Assembly: GCA_964438015.1 (NCBI GenBank)
Contig: CAYTIN010000001.1
Span: forward strand, 54,074-118,073
Source: an uncultured Gammaproteobacteria bacterium
GTDB lineage: Bacteria; Patescibacteriota; Patescibacteriia; 2-12-FULL-60-25
DNA length: 64,000 nucleotides
Direction of reading: 5' to 3'
Both the position numbers and the translations under genes were made by a program. Under the pieces are notes generated by a model. The model saw only the letters and a program-made list of their open reading frames with translations, made no database searches and was not told the DNA's origin. The stretch's first letter is position 1. Every line of letters starts with the position of its first letter. Shown here one piece after another: positions 8,945 through 16,441 of the stretch.

Positions 8945-10129
8945 ATGTTGAAAGAATTGGAACAGTTCAAGTCGGAACTCGCGGAGGATATCAAGGGTCA
9001 CCTCGATAACGCCCTCCAAGAGAAAGTGAAAACCCTGATCGGTGACGAACGCGCAGGCATCGTGCGCGAAGCCGTCGAACAGCTGCGTCTTGAGAAACTC
9101 ATGCTCGGCCACGATAAGACCGGCCTTTCGGACGCTCAGAAGTCGGAGTTTGCGAAGTTCGTGAAGTCCATCGCCATCCCGTCGGCTGTCAAAGCCAATG
9201 AGACCATCATCGGCGAGCAGGATTCTCGCGGTGGCTACCTTGTGCCGACCGAAGTCGCCAACGCCATTTTGCGCGTGGCTGCAACCGTTGGCGTCGCTAT
9301 GAGCCAGTGTGCTCGCTGGGATATGAAAACGGACGAGCTCGACATTCCGAGCTACGCCGGTTCGTTTCTCGAAGGCGAATATCTCGGTGTCGATGCGGCA
9401 GGCAACGTCACGGGTATCACCTTCAAGATGGCGCGCCTCTTGGCCAAGCCATGGCAGCTCGCGTTCGTGGTCGGCAAAGATCTCTTGGCCGATGCGACGC
9501 CTGCCGTCGGCGAATGGCTTATCGCTCTCGCAGCGGAAGCCTTGGCCAACATGGTCGACAAGCAAGTCTTCATCGGTACGGGCAATCCATTCGTCGGCAT
9601 CATGTCGAGTGCGGATGTCGCAGCCTACAGCCTCGCATCAGGGGCGACTGGATTCGGTAACTATAAAGTCGTGGACGATTCGTCGGACGTGATCGCAAAC
9701 GTGGAAGAGTCCGTGCTTGATTCCGCCGCCTTCTACTTCAGCCGCACCAACTGGGCGAAGTTCCGCGCGCAGAAAGACACGGCTGGAAACTACTTGCTCC
9801 CGCAAGCCGGTTCCGTCCTGTCTGCCAATCCTCGGAACGGCGGTCCGAAACCCGCAGGCGAGATTCTCGGCTTCCCGGTTTACACCGTCCGCCATCTTCC
9901 GGCCTACAGCGCTTCCGCCGCAGGCACCAAGTTCGGCGTGTTTGGCAACCTCAAGGCTGTCGCTCTCGGCATGAAAGGCGAGATGGAAATGGAACGCTAT
10001 AACTCCGGTACGTTCGGCGGCAAGGAAATCGCCTTGGCTCGCCAGGTTGGAATGGTCATGGGTAACCGCCATGCGGCCGTGATCGCTCTGGCTGCCGCCC
10101 TTACGACCATCAAGACGGCCGCGTCCTAA
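8945..10129 (+). CDS. major capsid protein, HK97 fold
   Basis: N-terminal delta-like coiled region followed by GGYLVPTEVANAI, 394 aa, located directly after the protease. Confidence 0.85.
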   Translation: MLKELEQFKSELAEDIKGHLDNALQEKVKTLIGDERAGIVREAVEQLRLEKLMLGHDKTGLSDAQKSEFAKFVKSIAIPSAVKANETIIGEQDSRGGYLVPTEVANAILRVAATVGVAMSQCARWDMKTDELDIPSYAGSFLEGEYLGVDAAGNVTGITFKMARLLAKPWQLAFVVGKDLLADATPAVGEWLIALAAEALANMVDKQVFIGTGNPFVGIMSSADVAAYSLASGATGFGNYKVVDDSSDVIANVEESVLDSAAFYFSRTNWAKFRAQKDTAGNYLLPQAGSVLSANPRNGGPKPAGEILGFPVYTVRHLPAYSASAAGTKFGVFGNLKAVALGMKGEMEMERYNSGTFGGKEIALARQVGMVMGNRHAAVIALAAALTTIKTAAS

Positions 10130-10134
10130 TCCCT

Positions 10135-10479
10135 ATGGGTACTTACAAAGTCCTGAAACCCATCGGCTGGTCGGGCCGGCGCGAGCGGGGAGAGGTGCTC
10201 GAGATGACCGAAGCGGAAGCCTCTGCCTTCGGTCCCGATTATCTCGAACCCGTCGTGCCCAAGACCGACGAGAAGGATGCCGGTGACGAACTTCCGACAA
10301 AGGAAGAGATCACCAAGCTGAAGAAACCGGAAGTCATCGCGACGCTCGAGAAACTCGGCATCACGTTCGATGAATCCGCTTCCGTCGGAGAATTGCGCGA
10401 CTTGCTCACGGAGAGCCTGCCTCAAGCCCAAGAGGACGGCGATAACAAACCAAAGACCGACGAGGGCGCGTCGGCATAA
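10135..10479 (+). CDS. hypothetical head-module protein with a SAP/HeH-like motif
   Basis: ITKLKKPEVIATLEKLGITFDESASVGELRDLL resembles a SAP/Rho-N type helix-extension-helix. Confidence 0.45.
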   Translation: MGTYKVLKPIGWSGRRERGEVLEMTEAEASAFGPDYLEPVVPKTDEKDAGDELPTKEEITKLKKPEVIATLEKLGITFDESASVGELRDLLTESLPQAQEDGDNKPKTDEGASA

Positions 10480-10488
10480 TCCATTGCT

Positions 10489-10905
10489 ATGAAGAACATC
10501 GGAGACAACGTCAAACCCTTGGCATCCCTCGTGCCTGCCGTCCGTACCGCGAATGCGAACGGCGGCGTCATCGACACCATGGGCTACGACAACCTCGAAG
10601 TCGTTGTTTCGGCCGGCGACATCGATCTCGCGGACACGGACGAAACGTACGTGGTGAAGCTCCAGGAAGGAGCTGCCTCGAACGGATCGGATGCGGCCGA
10701 CATCACCGGCGCATCGGTCGCCATCACCGCCGACAACCAGCTCAAAACCATTCACGTGAATGGTTTGGGCACCGGCAGCCGCAAGCGCTACATGCGTGCG
10801 GTGCTGACAGTCGGCGGGACGACCCCGTCCATCCCGTGCGCTGTCCTGTTCAATCTCGGACGCGCGCATTCGAACCCTGCGAATACGCCAGACGCTTCCG
10901 TCTAG
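10489..10905 (+). CDS. hypothetical head-associated protein (possible decoration protein)
   Basis: Called only by position after the capsid gene. 138 aa with beta-rich composition. Confidence 0.4.
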   Translation: MKNIGDNVKPLASLVPAVRTANANGGVIDTMGYDNLEVVVSAGDIDLADTDETYVVKLQEGAASNGSDAADITGASVAITADNQLKTIHVNGLGTGSRKRYMRAVLTVGGTTPSIPCAVLFNLGRAHSNPANTPDASV

Positions 10906-10917
10906 GCCAGAAGGTAT

Positions 10918-10941
10918 CCGCTCCGCAATTCTGCGGGGCGG
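10918..10941 (+). terminator. hairpin after the head genes (possible attenuating terminator)
   Basis: CCGCTCCGCA-ATTC-TGCGGGGCGG forms a 10-bp stem with one G-U pair. The downstream T-run is weak. Confidence 0.3.
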
Positions 10942-10956
10942 TTCCATCCGGCGTAT

Positions 10957-11571
10957 ATGGCTACCGTTCCCCACGCGCTCACGACCCTCCAACGGGTCAA
11001 AGACCGGCTCGGACTTACGTCAGCCGGTTTTGACGCGTTCTTAGAACGCTTGATCGATGCGTCCACGGATTTGATCGAGTCGCATTGCGGCAGACGCTTC
11101 AAAGAAAATACCTATTCCAACGAGTTGTGCCTCATGGAATCCGACGGGGGACGGATGCTCATGCTGAAACAGTCGCCCGTATCCGCGCTTTCAAGTCTCC
11201 AATACCGCATCGGCACTCCAGACAATCCATCTTGGACCACCTATTTGGCGAGCGAATTCGAACTTGTCGGCGACGGATCTTCCGGACTCGTTCGGATTTA
11301 TTCCGGCGTTCCAAAAGGCACGAATAATCTTCGCGCGACCTACACCGCCGGTTACAAGATCGACTTCACGAACCCGTACACGGCAACACACACGCTTCCG
11401 TTTGATCTCTCGGACTTGTGTGAACGACTTATCGTCAAAGCGTTCAAGAAGCGGGAGGCAGACGGCAAGCAATCAGAATCAGCGGGGGAAGCGAGCGTTG
11501 TCTGGATGCAGAATTTTGAACCCGAGGAGATTGCGACTCTCGACCGCTATCGTCGCGTCTTTCTGCCTTGA
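10957..11571 (+). CDS. head-tail connector/adaptor protein
   Basis: The N-terminus TTLQRVKDRLGLT is typical of gp6-like (QLRG-type) connectors. Gene order supports the call. Confidence 0.55.
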   Translation: MATVPHALTTLQRVKDRLGLTSAGFDAFLERLIDASTDLIESHCGRRFKENTYSNELCLMESDGGRMLMLKQSPVSALSSLQYRIGTPDNPSWTTYLASEFELVGDGSSGLVRIYSGVPKGTNNLRATYTAGYKIDFTNPYTATHTLPFDLSDLCERLIVKAFKKREADGKQSESAGEASVVWMQNFEPEEIATLDRYRRVFLP

Positions 11572-11572
11572 T

Positions 11573-11959
11573 ATGGCTCTCCGAATTGAAATTAAAAATC
11601 TTGACCGATTGATACAGGCGGTCGGACGCTCGCCTGCAGATGCCGAACGGGAACTTGAAGCCGCGCTTGATGACGCAGTTGGAATTATTTCCAACCTGTC
11701 GCTCAAGCGTTTCGGTATCGTCCCATACCGCCACGGTTTTCTTTCCAATTCTTTCGAGCTGGGGAAGATCCGGGCGCGTTTATTCCGTGCCATCGGTCCG
11801 ACGGTCGAGTACGCGGCCTATGTGAACTACGGCACTCGCTACATCAAGCCGCGCCTCTATATGGAGAAGCTGGTCGAGCGTGCGAAACCATTTATTGATA
11901 AACGGTTCGAGGAAGCGGTTGCTCGCATTCCTGACCGCATCGTCGAGTTCGCAGATTGA
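11573..11959 (+). CDS. HK97 gp10-like head-tail joining protein
   Basis: MALRIEIKNLDRL...GFLSNS...YAAYVNYGTRYIKPRLYM resembles the gp10 family. Junction with the upstream gene is TGATATG. Confidence 0.55.
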   Translation: MALRIEIKNLDRLIQAVGRSPADAERELEAALDDAVGIISNLSLKRFGIVPYRHGFLSNSFELGKIRARLFRAIGPTVEYAAYVNYGTRYIKPRLYMEKLVERAKPFIDKRFEEAVARIPDRIVEFAD

Positions 11960-11960
11960 T

Positions 11961-12398
11961 ATGTCATTTGTCGCTATCCGCGCCGGCCTCAAGGCCAAAC
12001 TAGACGCTCGCAAGATTGCGGGCGTACTTGGCGAAGTCTACGACGGCGAACAGGACCAGCAGGGGATGGATATCGCCAGCTATCCTGTCGCCGAACTTCG
12101 GCGCGCCACAAGCGAAGGTTCTTTTTTTACGAACCGCGAAGATTTGATCGAGTATCAATTCGACATCCTACTCTATGCCGAAATGGGAAACCAAGGAGCC
12201 TCGGCCGCCGAGAAGTCTCTCGATGCCGTGCTCGACAACCTTGTCTACGAGTTCGCCCATGACCGAGATCTCGGAGGCATCTGCGACGGGGGGATCTGGC
12301 CGGCGCTTTCCCGTTCGGGCGTCATCGAATGGCGCAGCAAACCGCACTACGTTTCGGTGCTGACACTCCGCTGCCGGAAGATCCAGGACAACGGGTAG
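11961..12398 (+). CDS. putative tail completion/terminator protein
   Basis: Called by position between the gp10-like gene and the tail tube. ATG at 11961 with a TGATATG junction. Confidence 0.4.
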   Translation: MSFVAIRAGLKAKLDARKIAGVLGEVYDGEQDQQGMDIASYPVAELRRATSEGSFFTNREDLIEYQFDILLYAEMGNQGASAAEKSLDAVLDNLVYEFAHDRDLGGICDGGIWPALSRSGVIEWRSKPHYVSVLTLRCRKIQDNG

Positions 12399-12449
12399 CT
12401 GTGGATTAGTCGCGCATTCCGGAAACCCGTCCCGATACGCTGTATCCGT

Positions 12450-12656
12450 ATGATCGAGAAAGCCGAAAACAAAGCCATCTCCCAATCTCCCCGCTCGAAA
12501 AGCGAAGAGCGCCGCCTTGCCGCCCAGAATGAAGCGGTACAGGAGGAGTGGTACTTCAGCGCGGACGGAGACCGTCCGCCCACGACTATCCAAGCGAAGT
12601 CTTTTGACGAAGCGGTTGCGGAATATAACCGCCGCTACGCATTAACCAACCCATAA
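12450..12656 (+). CDS. hypothetical phage protein (68 aa)
   Basis: ATG at 12450, same-strand array. No family recognised. Confidence 0.35.
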   Translation: MIEKAENKAISQSPRSKSEERRLAAQNEAVQEEWYFSADGDRPPTTIQAKSFDEAVAEYNRRYALTNP

Positions 12657-12659
12657 CCT

Positions 12660-13628
12660 ATGGCAAAATTCATCGGTTCGCGCATTGATCTCGGGATCGG
12701 AAAAGAAACCTCCCGAGGTACGGCCGTTGCGCCCGGCTACTGGCTCCGTCCGTCCGAAGTTTCGGTTGACGAGCACATCATGCAGTCCGTCGACGAGTCC
12801 AGCCGGAACTTGATCGAGGATTCCGTGGATGCGCAGCTTGTCGGCAAATACGGCGAGGGGAATTTCACGCTTCCCATCCGCGACAAATCGTTCGGCCTGC
12901 TGATGCTCGCCTTATTCGGTTCGGTCGCCGATTCGACGGTTGAGACCGGCGTCTATGACCACGTCTATTCTGTTCAGCAATCCAACCAGCATCAATCCCT
13001 TTCGCTCCACTTGAAAGAAGCAAACGCGGGCAAAGATTACGTCCTCGCCATGCTGACTGAGATGGAATTCGCGGTCGAACTCGAGAAGCACGCCATGGGC
13101 AAGTTTGGGTTTCGTTCCAAAACGGGAGCGACGCAATCCCGTTCCGCGACCTATGTCGCGGAGAACATCTTCCTGCCGACGCATGGCGAAATTCGTTTTG
13201 CGAGTACGCTAGCGGGCCTTGCAGGCGCGTCGGCAGTGAAGGTGCGTTCGGTCACCTTGAAAGTCACGAAGAATGTGGAAGAAGATCGGGCGCTAGGCGA
13301 TGCCAATCCGCAGGACATTCTGAACCGCCTGTTCCAAGTCGAAGGCGAGATCACGCTTGTCTACGACGACCAGTCGCAGGTCACGAATCTCTTGGCCAAT
13401 ACGGTCCAAGCGATGCGTATCGACCTCACGAATGCGGCCGTCACCATCGGCGCTGCTTCGAGCCCTCGCGTGCGCTACGAACTCGCCAAAGCACTGCTCT
13501 CGGAAGTCTCGCGCTCCATGGGCAAGGGCGACGTAGTGCTACAGACGCTGAAGTTCAAAGCTTTCTACTCGGAATCCGACTCGGCCATGATTACCGGCAC
13601 TGTCCGAAACACGGTCGCGTCCTATTGA
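12660..13628 (+). CDS. putative major tail (tube) protein
   Basis: 322 aa and beta-rich, lying between the connector genes and the chaperone/tape-measure genes. Confidence 0.5.
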   Translation: MAKFIGSRIDLGIGKETSRGTAVAPGYWLRPSEVSVDEHIMQSVDESSRNLIEDSVDAQLVGKYGEGNFTLPIRDKSFGLLMLALFGSVADSTVETGVYDHVYSVQQSNQHQSLSLHLKEANAGKDYVLAMLTEMEFAVELEKHAMGKFGFRSKTGATQSRSATYVAENIFLPTHGEIRFASTLAGLAGASAVKVRSVTLKVTKNVEEDRALGDANPQDILNRLFQVEGEITLVYDDQSQVTNLLANTVQAMRIDLTNAAVTIGAASSPRVRYELAKALLSEVSRSMGKGDVVLQTLKFKAFYSESDSAMITGTVRNTVASY

Positions 13629-13629
13629 T

Positions 13630-13710
13630 ATGCGCGGCTGCCTCGTTCCTATCGGAGTGGGAGCCGTCGTCATCGTGATTGCCTTTTACGCAATAAAAAT
13701 AGCTGCCTGA
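13630..13710 (+). CDS. possible 26-aa hydrophobic peptide (MRGCLVPIGVGAVVIVIAFYAIKIAA)
   Basis: In-frame ATG to TGA read directly, with a TGATATG junction to the tail tube gene. Predicts a single transmembrane helix. Not in the ORF track because it is too short. Confidence 0.25.
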   Translation: MRGCLVPIGVGAVVIVIAFYAIKIAA

Positions 13711-13713
13711 CAT

Positions 13714-13962
13714 ATGGAACCCACATCATTTTTGACCGATCTCGGAAGCCTTGGCCCCGCTCTCGGGTCCGTCGCCGTCATCGGCATCATCTGTTGGAAA
13801 CTCCTGCAGATTTTTGAGAAGCATGGAGCAGCTATCGAGAGCTTTTCCGCCGCGCTTCAAGGTCAGACGGAAGTCCTGAAAGAGATCGATAAGAACATGC
13901 AGGCCAATACCCAAGCCACGGAACGCATGTCGATGCTCTTGCAGCAAAAAACCACGGGCTAA
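13714..13962 (+). CDS. single-pass membrane protein, holin-like candidate
   Basis: Transmembrane segment GPALGSVAVIGIICWKLL followed by a polar coiled tail. Lies near the M23 peptidase. Confidence 0.35.
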   Translation: MEPTSFLTDLGSLGPALGSVAVIGIICWKLLQIFEKHGAAIESFSAALQGQTEVLKEIDKNMQANTQATERMSMLLQQKTTG

Positions 13963-14038
13963 CCAGCCTGTGGATTTCCAGGCCATTCAGCCAAACCGAT
14001 TCTTTATCCTGAATCCATAACCCACTTAACTGACACTT

Positions 14039-14272
14039 ATGTTATATCGCTTTATCAAGAAGGACGGGAACGTCGAACGTATCGGGGACATCGATGCGGA
14101 AGCTCTCGAATCCAAGCTTCAGGGCTACCTGAATAATGGCTTCGAACTTGCGAACGCCGAAGAGCATGACCAGCAGGTCATCGGGGCGGTGAACCGCCAG
14201 CTCGAAACGGCCAACGAGAAGATCGTTGAACTCGAAGGGAAGCTTGAAGAGAAAGGGGAGGCCGCCGCATAA
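14039..14272 (+). CDS. hypothetical coiled-coil protein (77 aa)
   Basis: ATG at 14039, with an acidic helical C-terminus. Confidence 0.4.
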   Translation: MLYRFIKKDGNVERIGDIDAEALESKLQGYLNNGFELANAEEHDQQVIGAVNRQLETANEKIVELEGKLEEKGEAAA

Positions 14273-14306
14273 GCGGCCTCTTTTCATGTAAGGTAGACTA
14301 TTCTCT

Positions 14307-14753
14307 ATGCCCGGCCTTAAGCATCCGATGGAGCCAGTTGTGCTCACGCAGCACTTCGGGGAGCGCCCTGCGGTCTATGCTCAATTCGGAATGAGGGGAC
14401 ATAATGGACTCGATTATCGAACCCGTTTTTTGGATTCGCCCTTGGGCCATCGTTATGTCACCGCTGCGGCTTCGGGAAAAATACTAGAGATGCGCGATGA
14501 GGGGAGTAAGGGCTACGGAAAATATATCCGGATTGGCCACCCTGACGGTTCGCAGACTGTCTACGGTCATTTGTATAAATTTTATGTGGGCATCGGCAAG
14601 CAAGTAGCCGTCGGACAGCGTATCGGCTTAAGCGATAGCACTGGTTTTTCCTCTGGCCCGCATCTTCATTTTGGTTATCGCCCTCCGGGCTGGGAAAAGA
14701 ATTTGAACAACGGATTCAAAGGATACGTTGATCCTTTGCCTTACATTGTTTAG
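14307..14753 (+). CDS. M23/LytM-family peptidoglycan endopeptidase (candidate endolysin)
   Basis: Zinc-site motifs HNGLDY and STGFSSGPHLHF. Confidence 0.8.
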   Translation: MPGLKHPMEPVVLTQHFGERPAVYAQFGMRGHNGLDYRTRFLDSPLGHRYVTAAASGKILEMRDEGSKGYGKYIRIGHPDGSQTVYGHLYKFYVGIGKQVAVGQRIGLSDSTGFSSGPHLHFGYRPPGWEKNLNNGFKGYVDPLPYIV

Positions 14754-15805
14754 GTCAGGATGTATTTTGCGGCTGGTCCTTTCCCAACCTGTTTTATCAT
14801 TTTGAGTTTTTTGAGTTTCTGCAGGTGAAGCTGAGCAGTACGTCGCGGGCAATTCAGAATATCCATAACGTCTTTGACCGCCATCTTCCCGACCGTATCG
14901 AGGAAGTCAAGAATCGTGATCTGTTCTTTATCGAGGTAGATCTGCGAATCAATGTCCGCGTCAATCTTTTTCACCGACAAGCTAAGCACGCTATGTTTGA
15001 CCTGATCGATTTCCTCTTTGAAGCCCGTCACGAAGTATTCAAGCCAAGGCGTGAAGTCCCTGTCGCGCGTCTCATACGTCTTTCCCATGCTGATAGCTTC
15101 GTAATAAGCAGGGCGGTCGGTGTTGTAATAATCTTCCAAGGCAAAGAGGCGGCGGAAGTCGTAGCCGCGCTGGTAGAGGACGAGAGTCGCAAGCGCACGG
15201 GCGGTGCGTCCATTTCCGTCATTGAAGGGGTGGATGGCTGCAATCTCTTGGTGGACGACGCCCGCGACGAGAATCGGACTGATGTCCTGCTTTTCGCTTT
15301 CCTGAATCCAAGCCACTAAACTTTTCATGAGTTCAGGGACTTTCTTTGCATCCGGAGCCGTGTAGAGGACTTCCTGTTTTCCGTTCAGGTGGCGGCGAAC
15401 GACGTAGACCGGTCCTTTGCGGTAGTGGCCGGACGCCTCAGGCTTCAGTGTCTTATGCGTGACGAGTTCGTGGATCTTTAGGATGACCTTTTCCGTGATC
15501 GGTTTTTTCGCCTTCACCATCAGCTCAATGTACTTGATCGCCTTGAGGTAATTTTCCACCTCGTAGATGTCCCGCTCCGGAGCATCAACCTTTTTATTTG
15601 CGGCCACGGCCTCGACTTCGCGCACGTTCAGTACGTTGCCCTCGATAGCCGTCGAGCTATGGGTCATACGGATCAAGGCTTGGCGGCGCAGCTTCAGCTC
15701 CTGTTTGGGCAGAAGGCGGGCACGCTCAACAATGCTCTTGGCTTCAGCGATGGCCGTGAGCATCTGGATGACCTTATCCGTGATCTTGTATTCGGGCTGA
15801 AACAT
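14750..15805 (-). CDS. fic: Fic family protein (class II, with N-terminal inhibitory helix and C-terminal wHTH)
   Basis: Fic motif HPFNDGNGRTARAL, inhibitory motif STAIEGN, and C-terminal KMIKQVGKGPAAKYIL. This is the only minus-strand gene in the phage block. Confidence 0.9.
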   Translation of the reverse strand: MFQPEYKITDKVIQMLTAIAEAKSIVERARLLPKQELKLRRQALIRMTHSSTAIEGNVLNVREVEAVAANKKVDAPERDIYEVENYLKAIKYIELMVKAKKPITEKVILKIHELVTHKTLKPEASGHYRKGPVYVVRRHLNGKQEVLYTAPDAKKVPELMKSLVAWIQESEKQDISPILVAGVVHQEIAAIHPFNDGNGRTARALATLVLYQRGYDFRRLFALEDYYNTDRPAYYEAISMGKTYETRDRDFTPWLEYFVTGFKEEIDQVKHSVLSLSVKKIDADIDSQIYLDKEQITILDFLDTVGKMAVKDVMDILNCPRRTAQLHLQKLKKLKMIKQVGKGPAAKYILT

Positions 15806-15838
15806 AGTGTTCTAAAGGGGATTCTACTCCTAATTCCC

Positions 15839-15871
15839 GAATCGCGCAAGAATCGCGCAAGAATCGCGCAC
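15839..15871. repeat. 3 x 11-bp tandem repeat GAATCGCGCAA
   Basis: Read directly (15839-49, 15850-60, 15861-70). It sits in the divergent intergenic region between fic and the tail chaperone. Confidence 0.85.
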
Positions 15872-15944
15872 GTTTCTATAGAAAAGCCTGACCATGTGGA
15901 CAATCTGCCCTTATAACCTGGGCGGATTGTTATTTTGCCTGTAT

Positions 15945-16256
15945 ATGCGCATCACCCTCTCAAACGCCCAATGGGCCGACGTCAAAGATTCATTCAGCTG
16001 GGGCGAACGCCGCCGGGCACAAGAAGCCAGCCCGTTTGCCCGTACAAAGGACGGGGAATCGGTAGACCCCCGCGCCTTGAACGACTGGTCAGCCGACTTG
16101 CTCGTTAAGTTCATCGCAGCATGGTCTTTCAGCGATCCGGTCACGAAGGAATCGCTTGAAAACAATCTCACCGCTGAGGAAGGGGAGAAGCTTCTCGACC
16201 TTGCCCTGCAAGCGGTCGGTTTCCGCTCCAAAGAAGACGGCCCAAAAGGGCGTTAG
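15945..16256 (+). CDS. tail assembly chaperone (short, zero-frame product)
   Basis: Lies immediately upstream of the tape measure, is acidic, and ends just after the slippery site. Start at ATG 15945. Confidence 0.6.
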   Translation: MRITLSNAQWADVKDSFSWGERRRAQEASPFARTKDGESVDPRALNDWSADLLVKFIAAWSFSDPVTKESLENNLTAEEGEKLLDLALQAVGFRSKEDGPKGR

Positions 16257-16441
16257 AGAACCTCGTCGAAGGACGAGGTTCCTCGCTTCTCATAGATCCG
16301 GAAGATCTGGCCTCAGCGCACTGGAGACTTGACGCTTTCGCTCTCTGCCGCGCGTTCGGCTGGAGTTATGCGGAACTTGAAGCGACACCCTCCGACGTGA
16401 TCGACGATTTTCTCTACATTCTCACCCATGGCCAACGCTAA
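15945..16441 (+). CDS. tail assembly chaperone, -1 frameshifted long isoform (gpGT-like)
   Basis: The -1 frame is open from 16178 to TAA at 16439-16441. It adds 64 aa (RALENLVEG...FLYILTHGQR) and overlaps the tape measure ATG. Confidence 0.55.
16241..16281 (+). promoter_or_regulatory. -1 programmed ribosomal frameshift signal (slippery heptamer plus hairpin)
   Basis: C.CCA.AAA at 16241-16247 is in the zero frame. After a 10-nt spacer comes a perfect 10-bp stem, GAACCTCGTC-GAAG-GACGAGGTTC (16258-16281). Confidence 0.7.

Noticed and set aside
16258-16281. The perfect 10-bp hairpin after the chaperone stop as a transcription terminator.
   Set aside because: No T-run follows it. It sits 10 nt downstream of a canonical slippery heptamer, and the -1 frame is open through it to the tape measure start. 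A frameshift-stimulator role explains it better.
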